Part shown: piece by piece, positions 10,156-20,256 of the stretch
Numbering within the stretch: position 1 is the stretch's first letter
Layout: each line of letters starts with the position of its first letter
Assembly: GCA_018401295.1 (NCBI GenBank)
Contig: JAGYLJ010000001.1
Location: forward strand, 27,901 to 91,900
Direction: 5' to 3'
Source of the DNA: a bacterium
GTDB lineage: Bacteria; Patescibacteriota; Minisyncoccia; Phycocordibacterales; UBA12079
DNA length: 64,000 bases
Program-made: the position numbers and the translations under genes
Notes under the pieces: generated by a model
Databases searched by the model: none
What the model saw: the letters and a program-made list of their open reading frames with translations, nothing else
What the model was told of the DNA's origin: nothing

Positions 10156-11406
10156 GTGTTTAAAACACTTATACAATCTGTCAAAATAGCTACTACGTCG
10201 CTTTTGAGTAATAAGATTCAAAGTTTTTTAACAATGCTTGGTATTGTTATCGGTGTGGCTTCTGTCATTGTAATTATGTCTATTGGGTCTGGAGTTCAAA
10301 GTTTAATTTTATCGGAAATAAAAAATTTAGGAACTAATCTGATCGCTGTAATCCCTGGGCATGGTGATGATGAAGACCCATTCGCCTCCATGGGTGGGTT
10401 TGCTGTTACTACATTAACCTATGATGACGCTGTTGCTTTAAGAAATAAACAAGATGTTCCTAATGTGATAGCTGTTGCAGCTTACAGTCGAGGTTTTGGC
10501 ACCGCTGAATGGAAATCAGAGACCTATAGTACTTCTTTGACAGGAACAACCGCTAGTCATATTGATGTCATGGGAGGAGAATTAAAGGAAGGGCGCTTTT
10601 TTAATTCAGAAGAGGAAAATAGATTTTCTAGGGTAGCAGTTTTAGGAAACGATGTCAGAGATGAGTTATTTGGTCAATCGGATTCTGTTGGTCAAAAAAT
10701 AAAAGTGAATGATTATACCTTTGATGTTATTGGTGTTATGGAGGAAAGGGGTGTTGTCATTATGGAGGATTATGATGACCAAATTTTTATTCCTATAAAA
10801 ACAGCTCAAAGAATGATGGGTGTTAATTATGTTGGTTTTATAAGAATTAAGGTTAATTCGGAAGAGGATATCCCACAGACAGAAGAAGATGTAAAAGCGA
10901 TACTAAGAGAAAGACATAATATTAATGATAGGAGTGGAGGGAAGGATGATTTTATGGTAAAGAACACGGCTGAGGCGCTTGATATGATTACTGAGATTAC
11001 TGATTCCCTGAGATATTTTTTGGCTATTATGGCGGCTATGTCTTTGGTAGTTGGTGGAATAGGAATTATGAATATTATGTTTATTTCTGTGACCGAAAGA
11101 ACTAGGGAAGTTGGTTTGAGAAAAGCTCTAGGGGCTAAAAATTTTCATGTATTGGGTCAATTTTTAGTAGAGGCAATTTTTGTTACTTTAATCGGAGGGA
11201 TCATAGGAATAATCTTTGGGGTAGCCATATCTTTTTTTATTACCATAGGAGCCCACTTACTAGGATATGAATGGGATTTTATTATCTCATTAGGATCAGT
11301 TGTCTTAGCATTGGTTGTTTCTTCTGGTGTTGGTTTATTTTTTGGATTCTATCCAGCTTTTAAGGCTAGTAAACTTAACCCTATCAAGGCGTTACGTTAT
11401 GAATAA
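10156..11406 (+). CDS. MacB/FtsX-type ABC permease
   Basis: LTMLGIVIGVASVI, GGIGIMNIM..SVTERTREVGLRKALGA and LNPIKALRYE motifs. Confidence 0.9.
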   Translation: MFKTLIQSVKIATTSLLSNKIQSFLTMLGIVIGVASVIVIMSIGSGVQSLILSEIKNLGTNLIAVIPGHGDDEDPFASMGGFAVTTLTYDDAVALRNKQDVPNVIAVAAYSRGFGTAEWKSETYSTSLTGTTASHIDVMGGELKEGRFFNSEEENRFSRVAVLGNDVRDELFGQSDSVGQKIKVNDYTFDVIGVMEERGVVIMEDYDDQIFIPIKTAQRMMGVNYVGFIRIKVNSEEDIPQTEEDVKAILRERHNINDRSGGKDDFMVKNTAEALDMITEITDSLRYFLAIMAAMSLVVGGIGIMNIMFISVTERTREVGLRKALGAKNFHVLGQFLVEAIFVTLIGGIIGIIFGVAISFFITIGAHLLGYEWDFIISLGSVVLALVVSSGVGLFFGFYPAFKASKLNPIKALRYE

Positions 11407-11424
11407 ATTATTTTCAAATTTTAT

Positions 11425-12729
11425 ATGAATTCTTATTTTTCAGCGATAAAATTATCTTTTAAACTGGCTATGACTTCATTTTCTGCTCAGAAGTTAAGGA
11501 CTTTTTTGGCTGTTTTAGGGGTGACCATAGGTATCTCCAGTATTATAATGGTTTTTTCGGCTGGGGAAGGTATTAAAGGGATTGTCTTAAATCAAGTTGA
11601 ATCATTTGGTTCTGATTCTATTCAGGTCGAAGTGAAGGTTCCTAGTAGTAAAAAAGGTGTAGCTAGTGAAGCCCAGAGTGCTGCAGCACTTTTGCAGGGT
11701 GCACAAGTGACTACCTTGAAATTAGATGATTTGGAAGACCTTTTGGATTTACCTAATGTAATTGGAGGTTATGGGGTGTTTATGAGCAGTCAAAGAATTA
11801 CCTATCGTAATGAAATTTATAATTCTTTTGTTTGGTCAACAAATAGTTCTTTTATAGATATCGATTCGACTGAGTTATCCTGCGGTAGATTTTTTACTAA
11901 GATAGAAAATGATTCTTTGGCTAATGTCGTTATCCTGGGGGCTAAGATTAAAGAAAAACTTTTTGGAGAAAGCGATCCAATAGGGAGAAATATAAAAATT
12001 AATGATACTGGTTTTGAAGTAATAGGTGTAATGGAAGAAAGAGGTGCACTTATGTCCTTTGATTTTGATGAATTCGTATATACTCCTATTAATACAATGC
12101 ATAAGAAAGTTTTAGGGATAGATTTTCTGCATAATATAATTTTGAAGGTAGAAGATGTTTCCATAATAGAAGAAACTCTTGAAAATACTAGGATTATTTT
12201 GAGAGAAAATCATGATATTAAACCGCCTGAGGAAGATAGGGACGGTTGGATGGATACGGGTAAAGATGATTTTCGTGTCATGGCTATGACCGAAATTTTA
12301 GAAATTTTTGATACCATGTCTGCTGTCCTGACTTTATTATTGCTTGTTATCGTAGCAATTTCTTTGGTAGTTGGAGGAATAAGCGTTATGAATGTAATGT
12401 TTGTTATTGTAAATGAGAGAACGCCGGAGATAGGTTTAAGGAAAGCCGTGGGGGCAAAATATAAAGATATAATGCTCCAGTTTTTGGTGGAGTCAGTCCT
12501 AATAACCTTAGCAGGAGGGTTGATCGGGAGTCTTTTGGGCTCAGTTATTTCTTATATTATTTCGGTGGGGGCTAATTCCTATGGGATTGATTGGAATTTT
12601 GTTTTACCGTTTAGAGCTTTTGTTACTGCGGGAGTTTTTTCAGTAATTTTTGGTATTTTGTTTGGAACTACTCCTGCTAGGAAGGCCGCAAAAATGAACC
12701 CAATTAAAGCTTTACGTCACGAGCAATAA
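11425..12729 (+). CDS. MacB/FtsX-type ABC permease (second paralogue)
   Basis: Same motif set (ERTPEIGLRKAVGA, MNPIKALRHE). Confidence 0.9.
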   Translation: MNSYFSAIKLSFKLAMTSFSAQKLRTFLAVLGVTIGISSIIMVFSAGEGIKGIVLNQVESFGSDSIQVEVKVPSSKKGVASEAQSAAALLQGAQVTTLKLDDLEDLLDLPNVIGGYGVFMSSQRITYRNEIYNSFVWSTNSSFIDIDSTELSCGRFFTKIENDSLANVVILGAKIKEKLFGESDPIGRNIKINDTGFEVIGVMEERGALMSFDFDEFVYTPINTMHKKVLGIDFLHNIILKVEDVSIIEETLENTRIILRENHDIKPPEEDRDGWMDTGKDDFRVMAMTEILEIFDTMSAVLTLLLLVIVAISLVVGGISVMNVMFVIVNERTPEIGLRKAVGAKYKDIMLQFLVESVLITLAGGLIGSLLGSVISYIISVGANSYGIDWNFVLPFRAFVTAGVFSVIFGILFGTTPARKAAKMNPIKALRHEQ

Positions 12730-12819
12730 ATATCAAATTTTAATGGTAATTTCACTGATCATTGCTTTAAAAGGTTAAAGGGCATAGAATTAACTCTATA
12801 TTAGTTAATTAAAATCATT

Positions 12820-13389
12820 ATGGATAATTTTAAGAGAGGAAATAAATTTAGTGGTGGAAACAAAGGTAGAAAGTTCGGGGGGAAGAGTTTTGGAGGTGAT
12901 AGGGGAGGAAAAAGAAGTTTTGGTGGAGGAAGAGGAGGTGAGAGGTCCGAAATGTTTTCAACTGTCTGTAGTGATTGTGGAAAGAACTGTGAAGTGCCTT
13001 TTAGGCCAACTGGTGAGAAGCCTGTATTTTGTAGTGATTGTTTCAGAAATAGGGGAGAAAATAATTCTAGAGATTCTCGAGGAGGTGATAGGGGTTTTGG
13101 AGGAAGAGATTTTAAACCACGTCTTGAAGATAAAAATAGAGGGTTACCTAATTACAAAGCACAATTTGAATCCTTAAATATTAAATTAGACAAGATTCTT
13201 AAGTTGCTAACACCGGTCACAGAAGAGACATTTGTAGTTGGTTTTTCAAAGCCTAAGAAAGTTGAGAAGTTGCCTAAAAAGGAAGTTTCTGTTGTTGCTC
13301 TTAAGAAAGCAATTAAAAAAACAGTTGAGAAAAAACCAGTTGTAAAGAAAAAAGTAACAAAGAAGAAGGTCGTAAAAAAGAAGAAATAA
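12820..13389 (+). CDS. CxxC-x17-CxxC zinc-ribbon domain protein with Gly/Arg-rich and Lys-rich tails
   Basis: CSDCGKNCEVPFRPTGEKPVFCSDCF. Confidence 0.85.
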   Translation: MDNFKRGNKFSGGNKGRKFGGKSFGGDRGGKRSFGGGRGGERSEMFSTVCSDCGKNCEVPFRPTGEKPVFCSDCFRNRGENNSRDSRGGDRGFGGRDFKPRLEDKNRGLPNYKAQFESLNIKLDKILKLLTPVTEETFVVGFSKPKKVEKLPKKEVSVVALKKAIKKTVEKKPVVKKKVTKKKVVKKKK

Positions 13390-13406
13390 TTTGACTCTAA
13401 AATAGA

Positions 13407-13446
13407 TAAAATAAAAATCCTCCTAAACAGGAGGATTTTTATTTTA
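13407..13446. terminator. Bidirectional intrinsic terminator
   Basis: taaaataaaaatcctcct-aaac-aggaggatttttatttta, an 18-bp stem between convergent genes. Confidence 0.85.
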
Positions 13447-13475
13447 GTTTGGGTGAGTTAATAGAAAATATTTTT

Positions 13476-14687
13476 TTATCTAATTCCACTATCACAGGTC
13501 AGGCTTTCTTTAATGATTAGACTAGGTTCAATTGTTACATTTTTTGTCTCACAAAAAGGAAAAGGTTTTCCTCCTATAGCTTGTAAACCGTATTCTCCTG
13601 GTGGTAACATTATTTCAAATTTTCCGTCTTTGTCTGTTTCAATAACAGCAAAGGGTGAGCTTTTTGGACTACCTGTTCTGATAACTTGAACTGTGGTTTG
13701 GTAAGGTTTGTCTGCGCAATTAGGATCGGCCGGTTCTTTTACAACAGGGCAGGTCGGTCCAAGGAAAACTTCTCCTGTCACCCCAGAATCAAAAGGTAAG
13801 ATACCTGTAGGCTGGTCACCTTTTTGTTTATAATAGTCAAAAAGAGCTTTAACACCAGCGAGATTTTGTTCCCAATCAATTGATTCGTGAGTTTCTAACT
13901 CCACAGTAATAGCGGGGATATTTATTGAGGCTAACCAACCTTCGGCATCCCCGGTTACGGGGTAACTATCAAAAGTTGCAATAGCTTTATAACCAGAAGC
14001 TTTTGCATAGGTATTCATGATGTTAAGTGTTTCTGGGAGAACACCCTTTTCGCATTCAGAAGCATAAACAGCGTTTGACTGACTGTGCCAAAAAATGACA
14101 GCGAGTGGACTTTTATTTAAGACAAAATTTTTAATAGCTTGTGCTTCTGGCTCTGAAAAAGCTGAAGATCCAGCACTAACAGGTTGGCTTCTCCATGTGC
14201 TTTCTGGTTGCCACTTACAGTCAAAGTTACGATTAAGATCAACTTCATTAGCATTAAATCTTCCAGAGACAGTAGCTTCGCTATCTGGAATATCAGCTGT
14301 GGTGAAACGGTCTTCTTTTCCTGTAACCTTATAAATTCCGTCTGGGTTAGCAGAAGGGATAATTGTAACAGATAAATTGTCCGGAATAATTTCTGGATTA
14401 GCTTCTAGATAATCCATAAATCTATAAGCAAGTAGAACACTGTTCCATTCATATCCACCATGAATACCTCCGACAAATGCAATGTTTTCTGAACCGTTTC
14501 CGTAGGTGTATGCATCAATTGTCCTTCCTTCCACTGAAGAGCCTATGATATTGTGTTGTGGTGTATTGTCTTCTACTTGAATTAGTTCCTCAGGAATATT
14601 TTCTTCTTTATTTTTTAACAGATAGAAAGTAATAAAACCTCCTCCCAAGATAGCGAGAGTAATGATAATTATAATTGTTCTTTTCAT
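13476..14687 (-). CDS. Membrane-anchored M14 zinc carboxypeptidase (MpaA-like) with C-terminal Cys-containing beta-sandwich
   Basis: IHGGYE, NPDG, DLNRNF, FWHS and ITVEL motifs. Confidence 0.8.
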   Translation of the reverse strand: MKRTIIIIITLAILGGGFITFYLLKNKEENIPEELIQVEDNTPQHNIIGSSVEGRTIDAYTYGNGSENIAFVGGIHGGYEWNSVLLAYRFMDYLEANPEIIPDNLSVTIIPSANPDGIYKVTGKEDRFTTADIPDSEATVSGRFNANEVDLNRNFDCKWQPESTWRSQPVSAGSSAFSEPEAQAIKNFVLNKSPLAVIFWHSQSNAVYASECEKGVLPETLNIMNTYAKASGYKAIATFDSYPVTGDAEGWLASINIPAITVELETHESIDWEQNLAGVKALFDYYKQKGDQPTGILPFDSGVTGEVFLGPTCPVVKEPADPNCADKPYQTTVQVIRTGSPKSSPFAVIETDKDGKFEIMLPPGEYGLQAIGGKPFPFCETKNVTIEPSLIIKESLTCDSGIR

Positions 14688-14699
14688 AGAAAAATCTTT

Positions 14700-15617
14700 T
14701 TATTTTTTGTAATATTTAAGCAAGGATTCAATTCCGGCTTTATTTTTTGACCACTCGGTGTTGTTGTGATCTGTGAGTAAAACACTGATAGCAGGGACTC
14801 CTTCTTTTGCTAACCAATTAACCATATCACCGGTTATTGCATAGGAATCAAATTCCGAGTAACCAGTATAACCGGAAGCTTTCGCGTAGGTGCTTGTAAG
14901 TGTTTTGGTTTCTGCCAAGATTTCATTATTGCAGCTTGATGAGTAGACACCTCCAGCTGCGCTATACCAAACTACAACAGCTTGTGGCTGATTATTTTCT
15001 ATATAACTTTTAATAGCTTGACTTTCTGGTTCAGAAAAAACAGAACTTCCTCCGCTAACTGTTTTATTTTGCCACAGTCCTGTTGTTTTCCAATTACAAT
15101 CAAAATTTCTGTTGAGGTCTACTTCATTAGAGTTAAAACGACCAGCAACTACTGTTGTTTGGGAAGTGGAGACATCGGTTAAATCAAATCTACCAGAGGT
15201 TCCAACTACTTTATTCAAACCATCTGGATTTAGAACTGGGATAATTGTAACTTTTAGATTAGTTGGGATAACACTAGGATTGGCTTCCAAATAATCCATT
15301 GCTTCGTAAGCGAGAAGAACTGTGTTCCATTCATATCCACCATGAATACCTCCAACAAATAAAATTTCTGTGTCTCCTGTGCCATAGGTGTAAGCTGTAA
15401 TGTCCCGTCCATCAACAGATTTGCCTATTATAGGATTTTTATCTTTTATAACTTGTTCTTCTGGTGGGCTAATGGGAGTTTCGTTGCTTTTTGGTGGAAC
15501 TATATTATTGGTTGTTTCGTTTTGATATACATCTACGGAAGGAGAATCTGACATTAGAAAATAAAGACCAAAACCAACAACAACTAAAACTAGGGCTATA
15601 ATTATAATGTTTTTCAT
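14700..15617 (-). CDS. M14 carboxypeptidase paralogue, probably catalytically degenerate
   Basis: IHGGYE and DLNRNF are kept, but WHS becomes WYS and TVEL becomes SVLL. Confidence 0.75.
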   Translation of the reverse strand: MKNIIIIALVLVVVGFGLYFLMSDSPSVDVYQNETTNNIVPPKSNETPISPPEEQVIKDKNPIIGKSVDGRDITAYTYGTGDTEILFVGGIHGGYEWNTVLLAYEAMDYLEANPSVIPTNLKVTIIPVLNPDGLNKVVGTSGRFDLTDVSTSQTTVVAGRFNSNEVDLNRNFDCNWKTTGLWQNKTVSGGSSVFSEPESQAIKSYIENNQPQAVVVWYSAAGGVYSSSCNNEILAETKTLTSTYAKASGYTGYSEFDSYAITGDMVNWLAKEGVPAISVLLTDHNNTEWSKNKAGIESLLKYYKK

Positions 15618-15734
15618 GATTTTATTTAATAATTAATAATAACTAAATTATACCACAAGTGGAGAGATATTAAAAAACAATGACTTTTAAACAGACAATA
15701 ACTACAGAATTTGTGTTTATTATGAGGATACAAA

Positions 15735-16121
15735 TTATTTTTTGTTTAGAGAATCTCTGATTTCTCTCAAAAGAAGAATTTCTTCAGATGGTTTTGATGG
15801 TTTTGCTTCTTCTTTTTTATTAAAACGATTGATTTGTTTTATTACTAGGAAAATAGCTAAAGCTATGATTATAAAATCAAGAGCAGTGTTTATAAAAGTT
15901 CCGTAATTAAGAGTTACCACTTGAGTTTCTTCAGTTGCTTTTTTTAAGATTATAGATAAGTTAGAAAAATCCACACCTCCTGTCAAAACACCAATAGGTG
16001 GCATGATAATGTCAGAAACAAAGGAACTGACGATTTTTCCAAAAGCAGTTCCTATGACAATTCCGACTGCCATATCTATGACATTTCCTTTGATAGCAAA
16101 ATTTTTAAATTCTTTAAACAT
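15735..16121 (-). CDS. mscL: Large-conductance mechanosensitive channel
   Basis: [32 protein letters not shown] and LLREIRDSL motifs. Confidence 0.95.
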   Translation of the reverse strand: MFKEFKNFAIKGNVIDMAVGIVIGTAFGKIVSSFVSDIIMPPIGVLTGGVDFSNLSIILKKATEETQVVTLNYGTFINTALDFIIIALAIFLVIKQINRFNKKEEAKPSKPSEEILLLREIRDSLNKK

Positions 16122-16184
16122 AATTAAATAGATTAGGTTTATAATTTCTAATTATATCATCTTCTCTAGAAGGGAACAGGGGGT

Positions 16185-16784
16185 TTATTTTTTTGGATAC
16201 TCCTTCTTTAAAATATAAAACATGGCTATAATTGCACCGAATAAGTTAGAAACTAGATCTAATGCTGTATTTTCATAACCTCCAACCCCTGAATTTGGCA
16301 TGATAACTGTGATAATAAATTCTATAATTTCATTGAATGCTCCCACCCCTAGACCAGCCATAATCATAACGACAGAAAGAGCCACCTTACCGATGTTTTC
16401 TTTTATAAGGTAAGGTTTAATTAGATAAAACATAACCAAGGTTGCAATACCAAAACCAAATAAATGTACAAATTGATCATATTTTAAGATATTGTAAGGT
16501 TCACCTACGAGTGGAAAAAGTATCAACTCATAAACCTTTTTTCCACCTAGATAAATACCTCCGCCGGTCATGTGCAGTAAAGACCAAACGGTTAAACCCC
16601 AAAGGACCACTGGTGGGTAATTAATTTTATTTCTTGTCATCCATATGATAAGTAAAAAGAAGATGATTACACCAACATAGATTAAAAACTCAAGATTTTT
16701 TTTAGAGATGAATATAAAAGAAAAAAGAGCAAGCAAAGCGATATTTATGGAAAGAAGAAGTTTATAGTTTTTTAATTTTTGCAT
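16185..16784 (-). CDS. DUF2238-like membrane protein
   Basis: LHM.GG, YD..VH..G, NEIIEF and NTALDL motifs within TM helices. Confidence 0.65.
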   Translation of the reverse strand: MQKLKNYKLLLSINIALLALFSFIFISKKNLEFLIYVGVIIFFLLIIWMTRNKINYPPVVLWGLTVWSLLHMTGGGIYLGGKKVYELILFPLVGEPYNILKYDQFVHLFGFGIATLVMFYLIKPYLIKENIGKVALSVVMIMAGLGVGAFNEIIEFIITVIMPNSGVGGYENTALDLVSNLFGAIIAMFYILKKEYPKK

Positions 16785-16804
16785 AGATTATCTATATATT
16801 ATGT

Positions 16805-17083
16805 TTATTTGCGTAATTTTTTTCTCCAATGACGTTTTTCGATGTAGACAATTTTCCACCACTTTCGACCGAGTGAAAAACCTAAAAAGATACCGAGTAA
16901 TATAATCCCGATTGAGAAATATTGTGGGACATAGCCATACTCATAGAGATAGAAATATGGGTCAGGTTGTACTCCTAAAGAAAGTGCGTGGTTAATTATC
17001 CACCTCTCAGCTAGTATAACAACCATACTACTTGAAATAAATCCAAGGAGGGTAGAGAAAAAAATATAAATGTTTTTTTTCAT
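16805..17083 (-). CDS. Small membrane protein
   Basis: Two TM segments; C-terminal G..WW.IVYIEKRH. Confidence 0.65.
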   Translation of the reverse strand: MKKNIYIFFSTLLGFISSSMVVILAERWIINHALSLGVQPDPYFYLYEYGYVPQYFSIGIILLGIFLGFSLGRKWWKIVYIEKRHWRKKLRK

Positions 17084-17113
17084 AGTGTTCTTTTTATATT
17101 ATAGTTTTTAATT

Positions 17114-17299
17114 TTAGGCTCCTATAAATTTGAGAAGCCCGTGGACAAGAAAAACAGGCCAAACAATTGCTTTTAAAACACCTAAAACACCCATTCCAAA
17201 ACTAGTTGCTATAGAGATATAATAAATTACTGCACCAACAAAGCCCAGCATGTAACTCATACTCGAACACTCTTTACCACATATCATTTTTTTGCTCAT
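17114..17299 (-). CDS. Small membrane protein
   Basis: 61 aa; Y.LGFVGA.IYY...GVLG.LKAIVWP pattern. Confidence 0.65.
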   Translation of the reverse strand: MSKKMICGKECSSMSYMLGFVGAVIYYISIATSFGMGVLGVLKAIVWPVFLVHGLLKFIGA

Positions 17300-17411
17300 G
17301 AATTTTATTTTTATTAATAATAAATATAATTATATCAAAAGAGGTTATTCGTTTTGATTTTATGGTTATGTTATAATTATAACATTAATAAAATTAAATA
17401 AAATAAAATTT

Positions 17412-19505
17412 ATGGAACAAAATTATGAAGACAATTTAGAGGAAATAATTTTGGGTATAGAGGAAAAACCTAAACGTAACGATAAAAAAATTGTAATTCT
17501 TATTTTTGTTTTGGTAGGTATTATTAGTGTTTTGCTTATTCTATCTGCTCTTAGATCAACTGGCCAATTAGGACCTTCTTTACCTGGGCCGGTAACAGAA
17601 CACATAAAATTAAAGAAAGTTAAAGTAGACGAAGCCAAAGATGCTTTGTTAAATGGAGAGATTGATATGTTTGTTGGATCTATTGATCACGATGATGCTC
17701 AAGAACTGGAAGATAATAAAAATTTCACTCTTTATCCTGCTGTTTCTACCATGGTTGGATTTTATGTTAATCCTTACCCTGATTCAAAAGAAGAACTTAA
17801 TCCTTTTTCTATTCAGAAAGTAAGATATGCTATGCAGTTCTTATTAGATAAACAAAAAATGGTTGATAATCTCTATTCTGGTTTTGCTCAGGTTACTCAA
17901 ACTGTCCCTTGGACTGAACATCCTAGTTATAATCAAATTAAAAAATCTGTTGAAAGTCTGGACATCAGTTATGACGAGGAAAAGGCTTTATCTTTAATTA
18001 AATCCGGTATGGAGGAAGCCGGTGCAGTTTTAGAGTCAGGTGCTTGGATTTACAATCAGGAACCTGTTAATATCATAATTTCTTATTCTAATTGGGATAA
18101 ATCTATAGAGATAGCTTCTTTATTAGACGAAGCTCTTAAAAAAGCGGGCTTTATGACAACTTTAGTTTACTCGGATATGGAAGACGACGATGCTGAGCCA
18201 CCTGAATCGTATACAGACGCAGCTGAGCTAAAATGGCATATTTCTATTAGTGGTTGGATTTACTATAATCAAAGTCAAGTTCTAGACGCAGCAATTTTGG
18301 GTTCCTATGTAAGTGATGGGTGGTGGGAGTATGAAAATGAGGATATTAAAAAATTGGAAGAAGATTTGAGTAATTCTAAATCAGATAAAGAAAGACAAAA
18401 TATAAATAGTGAATTAGCAAAGAAATATTTGGAGGATTCTACTGGCGTTTGGTTATTGGCGGTTGATAGTATTTCAGTTGCAAGAAATGACATCAAAGGG
18501 CTTATTCAGGATCCTTATGTAGGAATTGGTAATTATACTAATATTAGGGAAGCTTATATAGAAGGTAAAGATACTTTAATAATTGGATTACCTTCCCTTT
18601 ATAGAGAAGGGGACTCCTGGAACCACTTTTCAGTAAATGGCATAAATATGATGTATATCTTGAATAGTGTTCATGACCCCTTTTCTTGGAATAAAACTTT
18701 GTCCCTAGAAGAGGATGGTTTTAGGGGATCTTTTGTTGTTAATAATAAAGGAGAGGATAAAGAAATAAGTCTTCCTGCTGATACTTTTTTTTGGGATTCA
18801 ATTAATAAGAAATGGCAACCGGTAGTAGATGGAGATAGAAAAGTAATAACCAAAATAAGTTATGATTTGTCTAATTATCTTGGTGATTCTTGGCACTATG
18901 GGCAAGAAATTACTTGGGCAGATATTATCTTTAATGTCGCTAGGAATTGGGATTTTTCTCTTGATGAAGAAAAATGGAGGTCGCAAGGTAACAATCAACG
19001 AAGTGAAGAATTTGACCCAATTATCGGTTTGAGAATTTCAGATCAGACATTAGAAGTTTATTTGGATGCCTGGTATTCTGGTTTACAAGATTTTTGGGTT
19101 ATCACAAGACTTTTGCAAAGAATCGCTCCTTGGGAGTTGTACACTGCTACCGACGATTTGGTTTTTGAACAAAATTTATACGATTATCATTTTGTTGATG
19201 GTTCAGATAGAGAAGAATTGAATGTATTTAATTCTAGCCATGTTGATAATATCTTTAAAACTTTGGAGAATTTTTCTTTTGCAAAAATTCAAGGGATGAT
19301 GACATTAGGTGATGACGTCTATGCTATAGAAGATGACCTAGGTCCGAGAGTGAGCTCTCTTAAGGAATGGTATATCCCTTATAGACATCTTTATATTAGC
19401 GATGGACCATTTTATATAAATGGTTTCAATATGGAAGAGGAGTCAGTTGATCTTAGGGCTTTTAGAGATATTTCATACCCTTTTTCTAAAGGGGATTGGA
19501 GATAG
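17412..19505 (+). CDS. Family 5 (oligopeptide-type) solute-binding protein, membrane anchored, no adjacent permeases
   Basis: NPFS..KVRYAM, WH.G..IT.ADI and ISDGPFY motifs. Confidence 0.7.
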   Translation: MEQNYEDNLEEIILGIEEKPKRNDKKIVILIFVLVGIISVLLILSALRSTGQLGPSLPGPVTEHIKLKKVKVDEAKDALLNGEIDMFVGSIDHDDAQELEDNKNFTLYPAVSTMVGFYVNPYPDSKEELNPFSIQKVRYAMQFLLDKQKMVDNLYSGFAQVTQTVPWTEHPSYNQIKKSVESLDISYDEEKALSLIKSGMEEAGAVLESGAWIYNQEPVNIIISYSNWDKSIEIASLLDEALKKAGFMTTLVYSDMEDDDAEPPESYTDAAELKWHISISGWIYYNQSQVLDAAILGSYVSDGWWEYENEDIKKLEEDLSNSKSDKERQNINSELAKKYLEDSTGVWLLAVDSISVARNDIKGLIQDPYVGIGNYTNIREAYIEGKDTLIIGLPSLYREGDSWNHFSVNGINMMYILNSVHDPFSWNKTLSLEEDGFRGSFVVNNKGEDKEISLPADTFFWDSINKKWQPVVDGDRKVITKISYDLSNYLGDSWHYGQEITWADIIFNVARNWDFSLDEEKWRSQGNNQRSEEFDPIIGLRISDQTLEVYLDAWYSGLQDFWVITRLLQRIAPWELYTATDDLVFEQNLYDYHFVDGSDREELNVFNSSHVDNIFKTLENFSFAKIQGMMTLGDDVYAIEDDLGPRVSSLKEWYIPYRHLYISDGPFYINGFNMEEESVDLRAFRDISYPFSKGDWR

Positions 19506-19528
19506 ATTATTTAATAGGATATAGCTTC

Positions 19529-20131
19529 TTACAAAGATTCTCCTTCAAAATTTTGTTCTACTTCAACAAATTGCATAGTAATTGGGTCAAGTTTAAGCCA
19601 TATACTTTTACCAATTGAAGGTTGAGTGGTGAACGGCTCATCTGGCAAACGAATAGCATAATTAACCACGATAACGTTTTGTCTGTTGGTTCCTACTGAC
19701 GTTATTCCTTCATCTATTCCTGTTGTTTGAGGGGCAATACGATCACCTAAAAATATAGCCTCTGAACCTAAATATCCCTCAGGTGTATTAAGGGCTGCGA
19801 CAAGATAAAAGAAAATTCCACTTCCACCTGTTTCCTGAGTTAAAAGAAAGGCCACATCTTCACTGTCATCATCATTAAAATCGTGTTTAACTTCGTTGCC
19901 AAAATAACGAGTAATGATTTTTGTTGTTGAGTTGGATGTTGCTTCGATTTCAGACAATCCGTTGTTAAGAGTAACAGGTTCTCCCTCAATTATGTATGTT
20001 GCGTTTTTGTAATCTTTCGGTAAAACTTGATTGTCTACTTTTTCTTTGTTTGAATATGATTTCAAAATAATAAAGCCAGCTGTTAACGTTATTATAATAA
20101 GGACTATTAAGATAATATAATTTTTTTTCAT
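19529..20131 (-). CDS. Secreted/anchored hypothetical protein
   Basis: Signal-anchor; DYKNATY.IEG, GGSG.F.YL and LGDRIAPQ motifs. ATG20131 preferred. Confidence 0.7.
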   Translation of the reverse strand: MKKNYIILIVLIIITLTAGFIILKSYSNKEKVDNQVLPKDYKNATYIIEGEPVTLNNGLSEIEATSNSTTKIITRYFGNEVKHDFNDDDSEDVAFLLTQETGGSGIFFYLVAALNTPEGYLGSEAIFLGDRIAPQTTGIDEGITSVGTNRQNVIVVNYAIRLPDEPFTTQPSIGKSIWLKLDPITMQFVEVEQNFEGESL

Positions 20132-20153
20132 AGTGCTAGTATACATTAAAATA

Positions 20154-20162
20154 GTTCGAACC
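20154..20162 (+). repeat. GTTCGAACC junction-like motif
   Basis: Related to motifs at 28014, 23937 and 29879; short, so chance occurrence is possible. Confidence 0.3.
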
Positions 20163-20256
20163 TAAACTTTTTTGTTTGGTTTACAGTCAGTAATCGTTTT
20201 AACTTCTTGTATATCTTCTCTTTAAAAAGAGAAAGACAACATGGTATAATTAGTTT

